A DNA stretch of 57,596 nucleotides, filler included, from Sphacelaria rigidula (lineage: Eukaryota), in NCBI GenBank assembly GCA_964200075.2. It is 7 parts of 7 records of this genome, joined end to end, with 100 filler letters (N's around TTAATTAATTAA, not from the genome) between each part and the next. Parts side by side here need not be neighbours in the genome. Positions count along the whole stretch, not along the records: positions 32,972 to 41,113 come from CAXNAA020012139.1; positions 41,214 to 49,355 come from CAXNAA020012140.1; positions 49,456 to 57,596 come from CAXNAA020012141.1; 4 more parts are not named here. One strand, given 5' to 3'. A program made the translations under genes and the position numbers. Below are positions 38,865 through 51,119 of the stretch, in pieces; position 1 is the first letter of the stretch; each line of letters begins with the position of its first letter. The notes under the pieces are model-generated. The model was not told where the DNA came from, searched no databases, and saw nothing but the letters and a program-made list of their open reading frames with translations.

Positions 38865-41113
38865 AGCCGCCAGGTCGTGGTGCGCGTCGTGGTTGTATCA
38901 GTCGCCCTAACTGCTTTTGTAGCTTATGTTATGTGTTATGAGTATTTTGGTGAGTGCAGTTGGCCCGTGTGATGACTGATTGGGGCAGGGAATGGGGGTG
39001 GGGGTGTAGGGGAGTGACTTCGGGAGATCTTGTATGCAAGTCTTCACGAACACCAGAACAATCCGAAAAGTTGCACGGTATAACTCTGTTATTCTAGTAT
39101 TATATTATTCCACGCAGTGAAATTACACAGAACTTCAACGTGACTTCCGACAACAGTTTGCGTATGAGAGACTCTGCCCCAACTCAAAAATTTTGGCTAG
39201 AATCTTTCCTGTATTAGCACCTATGTTCCTGTGATGGGGGAGGGGGTGCAGGGGGGTTCATGATGTCTGCTCAAGCTGGGGCTTTGGTGTTGGGTTAAGG
39301 GAGCGTATGGGAGAGGAATGACGAGTGCTGACGTCGATCTCCGTGAATTTCGTTATTCTGGACGCGGTGCGTAAAGATTTGTGCTTTTGGTGTTCTGGTG
39401 AGTGCTGAATGATGCAGAATGATCATGAATACCCTTCGGCCGGTTTGCACACCTGTACATTTAGTTATACCTCGCTTGCTGTATTGCCCTTGTATGGCTG
39501 CGGTCAGTCCAAGGTTGAATGTTGTTTGTAACCCTCTGTCATGCTCTGTTTGACGCTCATGTGGTGTGCCGTGAATGCTCACGTGTTGTCGTTGAAGCAG
39601 CACTCTTTCGTCTCCTGGTGTTAGTGCGTTGTGTGTGCGTGGTGTTTTAGGCTTGCTCGGGCGAATTCTTGCGCGACTGGGTGTGTAGTAGAAGTGTATT
39701 GTAGCGTACCATCTCCCTCGTGGGCTCACCAACGGTTTTGAAGCCCAACCCTGTGCTGCATCGTTGTAGGGTGGGGAGAGGGGGGCGGGGGGCGGGACGT
39801 CATTCGGTGATCATATTGCTTGTGCTGGAATTGGTGTGGGGGTATGGGGTGACCCTTGCCGGGTGGTTGACGATAAGCTTGTAGGGGGCGTTGCGTTGGA
39901 ATTGACACGATGCTTTTTCAGGTGTCCCTCCGTGATGAAATTTGCTTGCATGCTATCGCATCACCGTACTAACCGGTAACATTGATTGCCGGTCATGGAG
40001 ATCCGGGATATTTTTTTCTCATGAGGAAGATGTTTTCGGCCATCGTCTTCGCCATGCATCCCGTCCCCGAAAGTTAGGGGCTTGAAAGTGTTCCTCTTTT
40101 GAAAAAGGATTCAGCTCGCCTTTATTCGTTGAAATAGAAATTGGAGTCGATCTTTCGTTGAAAATTCAAAAACGTGAAATATTCAAGTAGGGAAAAACGG
40201 TAATGTTGCTATCATGACCTGCGTTGAATTAATGCCCATATATTGGCAACAGCGGGCGCAGCATGGGAAAACAAAACTTTACCAATACCCGATGACGGCA
40301 CACGCGATGTGTATTAGTCGACTCTGTTGAAGTAATAACAGGGAATTCTATAGAAGTGTAGGATGTTTTTTTTTTCTCTAGGGAGAAACACAAGTTTTTG
40401 AAAAATTCCATATCTTACTTTTACGGCCAACACCCAAGATCTTGCTTCTGCTCTAGGATCTCGAATATTCGGTGTATATCCCCCTTACTCTGCGATACGA
40501 TCGGATTCTCCAACACTCAACCAGTGGATCCAGAAGCTACACCGCCACTTTCTACGAAGATTGTTGATAGCACCGCGACTAGTTTAGGCACCATGCTCGT
40601 CCTTTTGAGGATTTGTTTTTACGGAAAGGCGGGGAAGGCACGGCACGGGTGTTTTTCGTGCGCAAAAGACATGGCACGGGCACGTTGCATCTCAACTCCC
40701 ACCGGTGGGGTATCGTCATCTTATGTCTTCAGAGCTCACGTCACATTAGTTCAATTCCTTGAAAACATTAGTTCCTTCTCTCCGACCCTTGGTCACGGGG
40801 TGCAAGGAACCCACCACCCATGACCATAAAACCAAGAGTTGACAGAGGATGTCTTTACACAAAAACGGTACAGTACACGAAAAAACGAGGCCGCAAAAGC
40901 CGATCGAACTACAAGGAACACCCTGCAAGCTGACAAATTACCGGCGTGCGGTCTAGACGACCAAATTACCACCTACTGCTGCATATACATGTAGAAACAG
41001 CAAACAACAGCCGATGTTCGAAAATGGGGTTGAAAAAAAAAGGAGGTTCAACTCAAAAGTCGTGCTTTTCCTGACCTAAATCCATGACACATGACTTTCA
41101 TATGGACCACCCC

Positions 41114-41213
41114 NNNNNNNNNNNNNNNNNNNNNNNNNNNNNNNNNNNNNNNNNNNNTTAATTAATTAANNNNNNNNNNNNNNNNNNNNNNNNNNNNNNN
41201 NNNNNNNNNNNNN
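41114..41213. other. Artificial contig linker
   Basis: N44-TTAATTAATTAA-N44. Confidence 0.97.
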
Positions 41214-41284
41214 GGATGTCTGACACACTTATGAGCCTCTTTTTTCGTGCAACCAAATACCCCCCCCCTATCGTAGGATGACTC
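41214..41284. mobile_element. End of a Sola-like MITE inserted into TPR exon 4
   Basis: CCCCTATCGTAGGATGACTC matches the TIR of 23026-23232 and abuts TPR coding sequence. Confidence 0.78.
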
Positions 41285-41310
41285 AGCAACTCCGCATCCG
41301 CGTACTGGCC
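41285..41310 (-). pseudogene. Interrupted TPR exon 4 (GQYADAEL...)
   Basis: TGCAG acceptor followed by 26 coding nt, then the MITE. Confidence 0.75.
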
Positions 41311-41608
41311 CTGCATTGTAACAGACAGCGTGAGGGCGTCATCGCTCTAACCACGGCTGGACCTACAACTACGGCGAGATGCTCGGATCAACGCTCCGCC
41401 CAGGCGTGCAACGGATGAGCGCTCTATGCTTAGAACCTACCCTACTACGCCCGATCCCTTCACGGCTTCGACCTACAACCACTCGATTCTGCCGCACCCA
41501 TCGCCCCACGACACGGTTGCCCAGAGCATCCGTAAACAACATCAAACATAACACAGCGGTGTAGATACATCGGCATACAAACACCAAGACATATCTATCG
41601 CCTCTCAC

Positions 41609-41734
41609 CTGAAGTCCATACAACACCGCACGGTTGCCGAGCGTTGAGGCCAAGTCCGGGTGCACAGGGCCTAGAACCTTCTCCTGGATCGCCTGGCACC
41701 GCTCGTACAGCAACTCCGCATCCGCGTACTTGCC
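41609..41734 (-). CDS. NB-ARC-TPR gene, TPR exon 3
   Basis: 126 bp, phase 0-0, AG/GT boundaries. GKYADAELLYERCQAIQEKVLGPVHPDLASTLGNRAVLYGLQ. Confidence 0.92.
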
Positions 41735-42031
41735 CTGCAGCGTAGCAGACAGTGTGAGGGCGTCGTCTCTCAAGCCACGAATGGATCCACAACTACGACG
41801 AGATGCTCGTGCCACCGGCGCCGCCTTGGTGTGCAGCCAGTCAGCGCCCTATGCTTAGAACAAACCCTACTACGCCCGATCCCTCCACGGCTTCGACGTA
41901 CAACCACTTGATAATGCCGAACCAATCGCCCCACGACACGGTGGACCAGAGCATCAACGAACAACATGGTACGCCACGCAGCGGTGTACACGTCGGCACA
42001 CATACACTAAGACGTCTCCATCGCCTCTCAC

Positions 42032-42157
42032 CTGAGCCCCATACAACCCCGCACGGTTGCCGAGCGTTCCGGCCAAGTGCGGGTGCTCAGGGCCTAGCAC
42101 CTTCTCCTGGATTGCCTGGCACCGCTCGTACAGCAACTCCGCATCTGCGTACTTGCC
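42032..42157 (-). CDS. NB-ARC-TPR gene, TPR exon 2
   Basis: 126 bp, phase 0-0. GKYADAELLYERCQAIQEKVLGPEHPHLAGTLGNRAGLYGAQ. Confidence 0.92.
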
Positions 42158-42455
42158 CTGCAGTGTAGCAGACAGCGTGAGGGCGTCACACCTAAAGCCA
42201 TAGCTGGAACCACAACTGCGGCGAAATGCTGGCGCCACCCCCCCGCCCAGGTGTGCAACGGATGAGCGCTCTACGCTTAGAACCAACCCTACTACGCCCG
42301 ATCCCACCACGGCTTCGACGTACAACCACTTGATTCCGCCGCACCCATCGCCCCACGACACGGTTGCCCAGAGCATCAGCGAACAACATGGTACGCCACA
42401 CAGCGGTGTAGACACGTCCACACACAAACACCAAGACGTCCCCATCGTGTTCCAC

Positions 42456-42581
42456 CTGAGCTACATACACCCTCGCACGGTTGACAAGCGTTACGGTCAA
42501 GTGCGGGTGCTCAGGGCCTAGCACCTTCTCCTGGATCGCCTGACACCGCTCGTACAGTGGCTCTGCGTCCGCGTTCTTGCC
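42456..42581 (-). CDS. NB-ARC-TPR gene, TPR exon 1
   Basis: 126 bp, phase 0-0. GKNADAEPLYERCQAIQEKVLGPEHPHLTVTLVNRARVYVAQ. Confidence 0.9.
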
Positions 42582-45369
42582 CTGCAGTATAGTAGACAGC
42601 GCGAGGGCGTCATTTATCAGGGCACAGCTGGACCTACAACTGCGGCGACATGATCGTCAGACCGCTCCGTCCAGGTGTGCAGCCGGCCAGCACTCTATTC
42701 TCAGACCCAACCCTACTACGCGCGATCTCTGCACGGATTCGACGTACAACCCCTCGATTCCGCCGCACGCATCGCCCTACGGCACGTTGGCCCAGAGCAT
42801 CAGCGAACAACATCAAACACCACAGAATCGGAGACACGTGAAGAAACGCCTTCGTCGGTTATTATTATTATTTATTATTATTTTTCCGTAACTGCCCACT
42901 ATTCAAGAAAGGGGAAAATAAAGAGCAACCGTAACCCTCGCCCCCAAGTTTGTGCGCGCTGACAGACTCGTCGAAAACTCCTGAACCGTTTGATATCCCC
43001 ACGTTGGATCCGAAATGTGTTCATTCACTGCGCGATCCCGTCTGACGAAAATAACGGAAGCGGGACCGTCGAGGACAAACATGGTATTTTTGTGTTCGAC
43101 GGAGAAATACCTGCAGCTGTCAAGATCCAAGCCAGAACGTTACACTCGTGACTTGAAGTAAGGGAAACACCCCGCAATGAAACAAAGCACATAGCGGTGT
43201 GCACTAGCTGAAGAAGATTGCGTAGACCGCACCGTAGACAGCGTCATCGATTTACAGTTTCTCCCCACTCGAAAGTAGAATATTGTCGATGAAGTGATGA
43301 GATACGTCGTTTTTCTACCAACATGGAACGTATTTCATATCATCTACGTGGAAACGCTCTATCCTTGACTGCAATTGTGTGAGGGGGGGTGTACTCATGA
43401 TCATGCATGCCATAGTCATCAGACCATTGACCTCGCGTCCCTACAAAGCCNNNNNNNNTGGGACTGGGCGGGGAGGGTCGTGCTGGTGTGGTGGTGGGGG
43501 GGGGGGGGGGGGGGGGGGTGACGTGTACATACAGGCAGTAAAGTGGAGTGTGCTCCCCCACAAACAGCCTGGATCTTCGTCGGAGTGTAAATGTATGATG
43601 TTTTTGGCCTAGATGTTGCCAAGTTTCGCTGATGCTCGACGTAATAAAACGCATATGAATTACGCGGGACAAAATCAGAAAATGTGGGGTCAAATTATTT
43701 TGACGCTCTTCGAAGCATTTTGGTAGCGATAGCGATATCAATGGAAACGGGACAAGACTTCCACTCGGGGATATCACAACGGCCAAGAAAGGATAGTTTA
43801 TTGTACACATGTAGGGTCTGAAGCTGGTGAAAAGCAAACTGAAAGATGAGGGTTTCGAGACAGGGAAAACGTGAGTGCATCAGCAGAAGAGAGTATTTTC
43901 TGGTGCACATGTAGGTCGTCAACCCTTTCACCCCCAGGTACCGTCCAAGGGCAAGCGATCTGTTGAATCGGCATCACTTGACTCATTTTTCAAGCGTAAA
44001 TAATTCGAATTCCACAGTTTGCATACTGTACCCCAGTGGTGGCAGGCTCGAAGGGTTTACGTGGAAGTATCAACAAGCACAATGACATAATATTGTCATT
44101 ATGTGGGTTTCTATATCGAAGGTGAGAATTTCGGTCAAAAATTCGGTGATCATAATTGCCATTGACAAGGGTTGAGATGATTCGAATCAACTGCTACTCG
44201 GGGTGGAATATATTAATATACCATGGCAGGCATGGTGTGGAGATCAGACGCCATCCTACAATTTACTTTCTGTGACTACATAGTGGGGTTGAGAAGCTGA
44301 TACACTAGTTCTAGCTAAATCAGGAGGATTTTTGTAATTTTTCGTAGTCCGCCATTTGCAACGGTTCGTTCGGATGCCACCGCTGATCCCAGTCAAAGTT
44401 TGACCTCCAAGTTTGAGGATCGGAATATATTAGGCATCCGCTCCGAATTCCGGAGCACAAATAGTATTTGCGCTCAATATTGAACGACTTGCGGGCTAAA
44501 TCAGCAGGAAGTGTCACTGATGATTTTAGTCCAAAAAACAATCATTTCCAGCTCTAGCGCAATGAAGAAGTAAAGACGATAAAATAATGCTCTGTAAAAT
44601 TTATCACGAGAGCGATCGAGGTTGATTCAATCCCTCGCCTCTGTAATGTACAGAGCTCGGTTGGGCAATTTCGTAGTAGAGTATTTTTCTGAATTTTCTG
44701 GCATCGTATTCTTCCCCCGCACTCGGAAGTCTTTACGGCGATAGATATTGGGTGAATACGCAGGTGGAACTCAGGACACAATCTATAAGGTAGTGTTGTC
44801 GGGGTGATACGGAGCAAGGACCTCGTTCATCACGGGGGGTACTATCGACCGTTACTGGCCCAAAATACACAGTTTTTCGGCTCTAGCGCAATGAAACAGG
44901 CAGAAATTAAAAAGAACAAAACTGTACAATCGTTCACGAGAAATGAGCAAATATTGCACCGTGGGGTGAAAATACGCTTAGCGGCACGTCGGCGCCTGGC
45001 TACTGTTTCAAGCGGACACGGTGTGCTTTTGCCTATGGCCAACCGCTTACTACTGAGGAACCAGCGATTCGCGCTGGTGCACATTTATGTTGGACCACAT
45101 GTTCGGTGGCAGTCCGGCGCTTCAAGGCCTCTACTGTGGACGATGACCGCACGGCACAAGCTGCCCATCCGGTCTCGAATCCAAACCAATCGTTGAAAGT
45201 CGGCACCAAACTTCGTGCCTGCGTTTGGACGTGGGTTTGCCCGAAAGGGACTTTCGTTTCGAGCGAAACCTACGAATTGGTGAAGATCGTGAAATCGAAA
45301 CATGCCAAATCGCCTGATTTCGGGTCCACCAGAGTTGATCCTAGCCATGTCTGAAATCTCCAGTGCTTC

Positions 45370-48071
45370 TGTTCCGGATTGACAGGTCATATTTCAGTCG
45401 ACTGGGCTCCATGTGATAAGTTTTAGTCATGCCTGGTATTCGATGTGCCATACTCCTTTCTTCAGCTTTCTGGGATTGTGCCCCCTGCTTGCTGTCAAAA
45501 CGGTTTTTACCGACATTCGAGACGTCTACCAAGCATACAGCCTGTTCGCCGATAATAAAAAGAAGCATGAAGGGCATCTCCGGGACTGCTCATCAGAGTT
45601 CACTCTGGTCTTCGGCTATAAAGCCCATCTTGCATGCATTAGATGCTGCTCGTGTTATTTGTGTCGTCACTTGCGCTGTGTTCGGGCCTCACATGGTATA
45701 CCCACCACCGAATTCGTGCAGATTGGTTGTGCAAGAATGCGCACGAGCACAGCGGTGCTCGGGCACCCATGAACTGGCGTTTGTTCTATACAGCGTATTT
45801 ATCCCTTGCAGTCTGTGTTTCGTACCATGGCCCCGCGACCACACGCACTAGATTCCGGGGGGAAAGCTTAGTGCGAGTACAACTGCTTTCATGGGATGTA
45901 GTACGCTGTGTCAGTGACGCGATCATAATCAAAGGATAGGCAACAATACTGCTCCACTGTACCTGTAAACGCTCGCCCTCCTATCGCTGTCAAGAGTTAA
46001 TGTGCCGTACAACTGTAGCACGACGTCCATACCCATAATCCGGTTATCTCACACCTACTCAGCTACGATATGTTAAACCAGACTACAGACCCGGTCAACA
46101 ACCGTCGTTGTACAACTCACGCGTTCGAGGTCATGTTACTTCATTTCTTGAATCAAATCGCCTTTTTCCATGTATTTTGTTCATAATAGTTCATTTATGG
46201 TATTTCATTCAGCATGCCTTGTTTTGATTTTTTTATTCACTATTCCAGTGATTTTGTCTCCAGGTTTTACAGAATTCGACGAAAGATTGGGGGGATGGTT
46301 GCTCGATATGTTGACGAAATCGCACAGATCATGGACTCAGAGATGGAATGAGTATGTTTCACCCGCGCTCTCCGATCAAGCGCACCCTACCTGACGTTCT
46401 GCTACCGTCTGGCATGTCTCCCTTCGAGCTCTTGTTTGGCCGTAAGCATCGCACACGTGCGGTTGCTGTCTCAGAGATACAAACCCTTCCGTGTCCGCGC
46501 ACCCCATATGAGACACGTCATAGCCGACAAGTTTTCTCGACACGTGTGGGGACCAATCTGGGAAACGACACCTACATCTTATCTGACTCCTGAATTCGTC
46601 ACCTTGGTACAGATCGCTCAGAAATCCGCTCTGTTTGAGGCACTAAGGTATAGAAAAACAGAGGGAAGACTCCAGCGGGGGGAAGTTTAAGACAGTTTCT
46701 CCCACTCAGACCTTGATGTTTTCCACGCACTCCTCTGGCATTTACATCACTCCATATTTTCTTCTAGCGTGCCACCGCACCCGAAGGAGTGCCCTGCCAC
46801 CCTGTCACGCAGCGATCCCTTGAAGCTTTTCCCCATAGGTTTTACCTTCAGGAAGGACTTTAGCGGTGCCAAGATGAAGGTCCAGGTGTATGACTACAGA
46901 AATCACTTCTGGAGCGTGCGATAAGAGGATGGGGACTGGGAAGAGCTATCTCGCCGTGAACTCAAGCGTCCAACGCTTGAGAAGGGACACCAAATGTAGA
47001 TTGCGGCACTAGGGTTCACAAGGAGCTATGTTATGACTGTATGTCTCGTTGTCGGATAGAAAAACGACGTACGGGTATGATTCCCGTGAGCAGCGGTGTG
47101 TTTGTACCCAGGGCCAATACACGTCTTCTCTTGTACGTTAGACCACGTTGTACGGAAACCAATCCGTATTTGTACCAATATGAGTATTTCAGCCCGTTTG
47201 AACCTGATTTTCTCCCGTGGATTGATTTTTCGGACCCCAGTCCGTTGGGCAATGTTTTTCGCCTAGCTCTGAGGAAAAGCCTCATGTGATCCCATACCCA
47301 CTGACCAGTTCGTGGGAAGGCTTTTTTAGTGTTCCCGTTAGCGCCAGGTTTGGTTCGAGCCCCTCACGTATCCAGGATACAGTGTCGCTCATCTGGGGTG
47401 TTGACGCACAGCCGGGATAGCTAATCTCCAGTGTCACTGACGTGCCGGGAAGACTGTGGGGCAGGCGAATGCGGTTTCTGTGGTCGGAAAGATAGTCAGA
47501 TGTATTTTTCTTCCCTCAAGGCTGGGGTTTTCCCTGCCTAACAGGGTTTACCCGTTCATGAGATTCGCGACGAGGTTTCCCCTGCACTGTAATCATGAAG
47601 GTTTTCGCGTTTCATCTTCAGGCGGATGATGCGTAGGCTTGTCGTTTTTTTCGTCCCTTTCAGCCCTTGCTTACTTTTGTTTGGCCTGATACATCAGGCT
47701 GGGGGCATGTTCCGGATTGATATATCATATGCCACTCGACTGGGCTCTGTCATATTTTAGTTATGCGGTACTCGAGGGGTCATACTCCTTTCTGGGGTCG
47801 TGCCCCCTCTTGTCACAGCGGTCTTGACCGACACTCGAGACGTCTAGCAAGCATATAGCGTGTTGGCCGATAACAGAAAAAGCATCAACGCCATCCCTGG
47901 GACTGCTCATCAGAGGTCACTCTGACTTGCGGCTAGAGTAAGCCCGTCTTGAATGCAGCAGGTGCTGCTCGCGTTGTTTGTACGGCCACCCACACTGTGT
48001 TCGGGCCTCACTTTGTATGCGTACCACCGAACTCGTACATATCGGTTATGCAAGATGCATGCACACGGCCA
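45370..48071 (+). mobile_element. Old, internally deleted Ty3/gypsy element in the NB-ARC-TPR intron
   Basis: Diverged LTRs start TGTTCCGGATTGA at 45370 and 47708. PPT-like GGGGGCA precedes the 3' LTR. CA end at 48071, with CTTC on both flanks. Integrase remnants WNEYVSP.../MSPFELLFGR (~46345-46450) and EDGDWEELS (~46930). Confidence 0.8.
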
Positions 48072-48386
48072 CTTCTCTCTCATGACTCATGCTCGTTTAA
48101 TAAGTGGCTTTGCCTCAACATATGTTGTAACAACCAGCATTAAGTGACGGCAAACCGTTCATCGAACCACGCCAATACTGCAGTAGAAATATCATATTTT
48201 GACCGCACGAAAGCTTTCACAACACGATCACCCCGTTCTCACAACATCCCGCCTAAGCGATGAACTTGGCTCGTGACAACCACCGTCATGACAAGCGTAT
48301 ATTTTGTCGTGGCAACCGCCCAACATTACCTCGGGCCACATCTCACATCTCGTGCTGCGGGAGTTTTGCACAGCAAACAAAGGTAC

Positions 48387-48597
48387 TGTAATGTGTCGGA
48401 GGACCGCGTGCGTTTTGGACCGCAGCGGAGTTTAAACGCCCCTATGGTTGGGGTTGAAATTGGGATCAGTGTTAGGACCAGGATCAGGGACGCGGCCACT
48501 ACAGGGACTGGCCCGAGCGTTCTTGAAAAACGTCGATTCCGGGGGGCTCAAAATGCCATGAGGTCCGAAAGAGCGCGCGGTCCTCCCACGCGTTACA
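48387..48597. mobile_element. 211-bp TGT...ACA MITE (same family as 55260-55470)
   Basis: TIRs TGTAATGTGTCGGAGGACCGCGTGC / GCGCGCGGTCCTCCCACGCGTTACA. Confidence 0.75.
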
Positions 48598-48665
48598 ATG
48601 CATCATCTACTGACAAGTACTTGCTCTAGGTGAAAGTGGGCGTGAAAAATAGACCTAGAACCCAC

Positions 48666-49052
48666 CTGCAGTAGAAACAGCCCCCCGATAAGCGCATAGA
48701 CATTGGCCACGTCGGTCGACTCAGCTTCACCCAAGTCCCTCAGGCTAGCTTCATAGGTCTCCACCTCCAGTTGCTTATTGCCGGACAGGTCCTCCAGTGA
48801 TCGCCAGAGACGAATCAGCGCGTACAAGTTTGTGATCAGCCCCTTGTTTTGACGAAAGTCCCTGACCACGGGCAGCTTGCCCAAGAAGTGCGTTTGGCGG
48901 CTGACAGCATCCTTGACCAAGTCCTGCCTGTTCCTACACTCCACTTTGATGAAGTCCGACAGTAGATCGTGAAGCCGAAACGAGCATTTCACCTCATGCA
49001 ATAGAGCATTGTGCGCGAGGAACTCAGCTCCCGCTCTGGCCCCTTCGTCATC
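48666..49052 (-). CDS. NB-ARC-TPR gene, winged-helix/linker exon with an MHD-like motif
   Basis: 387-bp phase 0-0 exon, CTGCAG|GAT...CTGCAG|GTGGG. DDEGARAGAEFLAHNALL...SFRLHDLLSDFI...DVANVYALIGGLFLLQ. LHD corresponds to the STAND NTPase MHD motif. It lies on the same strand, upstream of the TPR exons. P-loop exons are outside the contig. Confidence 0.8.
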
Positions 49053-49253
49053 CTGCAGCGCGGTTCAGTGACGACGGACACGTCAGTGTCACGTATTCGT
49101 GATCCTACAAGTTTCACAATAACAAAAACTGTTTTGATGGCCCCAACTGACGGTAATCACTACATAGTCACGGTACCCTGTGTTGTTTTTTTCGCCACTT
49201 CATGGATGTTCAAGCCATGCCCCTCAATCGACGTGCGGTAAGATCAGGACACC

Positions 49254-49284
<31 letters not shown>

Positions 49285-49355
49285 GGCGGGGGGGGGGGAG
49301 GGGGAAAAAACAACTAGAGGTTAAATGGGAAAAAAAAAAAAAATTTCTTTTTTTT

Positions 49356-49455
49356 NNNNNNNNNNNNNNNNNNNNNNNNNNNNNNNNNNNNNNNNNNNNT
49401 TAATTAATTAANNNNNNNNNNNNNNNNNNNNNNNNNNNNNNNNNNNNNNNNNNNN
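49356..49455. other. Artificial contig linker
   Basis: N44-TTAATTAATTAA-N44. Confidence 0.97.
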
Positions 49456-51047
49456 GGAGTTCCTTCGGCATCAGGACGGCAGTCTCCCCCCGTAGGTCTG
49501 TGACTACTCTAGCGATACGCCTTCCTTACAAATATTTCGAATGGTAACCCAGGAATAAAATTGCACTTTCAAGACGCAGATAGGCTCTATCATCACCAAC
49601 ATCTCCATCTCTAAAACCTGGTATTTTGTGTCGAACGTAAAATAGTTTACTTTTACTGATTGTAACTATAGAATTGCGTGCCGAGCGGGAGCGTTAGGTT
49701 TGATCCGCAGTAGTCCGAATGGTCGCCTGCGGCACTGAACCTCATGGGGTTAGTATTTTGTTCTGTAGTATCGTTTTTGCGTCAAGGTTTCGGGGTCCTA
49801 CGTGATCTTAATCTTATTCCCTCTTCTTGACTATTTTGGATAGTTGGCCGATGACCACAAGAGACGTCCGCATCACATGACTAGAGCGGAAGTTAAGAGT
49901 ACAGAACAACGAGACATAATATAACGGAACAAAGAATTCCAGATTATTATCCCCACCTCAACATAGCATATTTCCGGGGAAAGATGTTCCAGAAAATGCT
50001 TCCAACAAAGCTTGTGAGAATCATATTTCTTCAACTGCTCTAGATGGTTATGATCTATTTTGAATCAACCCATGAGAAAACATTTTTGAGGCACCCATCA
50101 CCCAAAACCCTCACCATACTGCATTTCAAACGTCACCATTTATAGGGAAAACCAATTGAAACTTTGCAACCAAGAATTTAAAGCTGAGGAGTAAAAAAGG
50201 ATAGGATTAGTCCTAAGCGTACATCAATACAGGCTTCATGATAATGAACGTTCGAAATTCATTGATCAGCGAAGGCTTTGGGGTGTCTATTCAATAGTTG
50301 CACACGCCGTATCATACTGACCACCATGGACAAGTGAAGAGGGTCAAGTAGCTGGGATTTCGTTCAAGGTCCTGAGGGTGACGGTAAGGGACGGACAGGT
50401 ACCCGGACCACTCAGTGGCCTTGAACTCGTTTGTTGTAATCTGTCGGACGGCCGCATTGAAAAGAGCTGCCTCGACTGACCTACCGAACTCGATGCAACG
50501 CAGTCGCAAATACTACAAAACTCAACACGCCGTCAGCCCATTACGCGAAGAGCAAGGTAATGCCATCGTTATACTGAGTTTCGCTCTTCATCGTCAAACA
50601 GCAACTCTCGAGAAAGAAAAGGAGGAGGCAGGATCGAAAAAACGAAAGATGCAGTTGGGCGAAAACCACAATTTCTTCGGGTACTGTATCAGCCCGTCCG
50701 ATCAGACAAAACCACGGTGTCTTCATCAGAATGCCCAGTGCTCACAATGTACACATCGGAATTTCACAAAAAAAGTGTCGCACTGGAGATCTGAACAAAC
50801 GGGAAGGCCGACACACACCTCGTAGTACGTGGAGGTCGGTTATTCCAGAGCAATTGTCATGCCCATACTTGTCATATCTCGATGTCGGGGGCCGAGTACA
50901 AGATAGTTTACTATGTTCACGCCCGTGGTCCCTTCAGCACAAACCGAGTTAAAAGTTGCAATCTACACCTTCACATTTTCAACCATTGCCAGTACATCTT
51001 CTATATTTCGGGGGAGACGATAACAGTGATTTCATCTAGACTCTCAC

Positions 51048-51119
51048 CCGTCAAGTGGCACCAAGACAGGTTCAGCTCCTCGAGAGCATCCAGCTCCCCA
51101 AGCTTCGCCGGTAGTGAAC
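51048..51119 (-). CDS. Single leucine-rich-repeat exon (24 aa)
   Basis: 72 bp, phase 1-1, TGCAG|...|GTGAG. (G)SLPAKLGELDALEELNLSWCHLT(G) fits the plant-type LRR consensus. Not in the ORF track. Confidence 0.88.

Larger units (their letters stand above)
41285..42830. repeat. ~424-bp exon+intron tandem repeat (~3.6 units)
   Basis: Exon starts at 42581, 42157, 41734 and 41310. Introns align over their whole length. Confidence 0.95.

Noticed and set aside
50415-50880. Possible piggyBac Cys-rich C-terminal remnant (QCSQC...)
   Set aside because: Too degenerate to support, with no catalytic-domain sequence recognisable.
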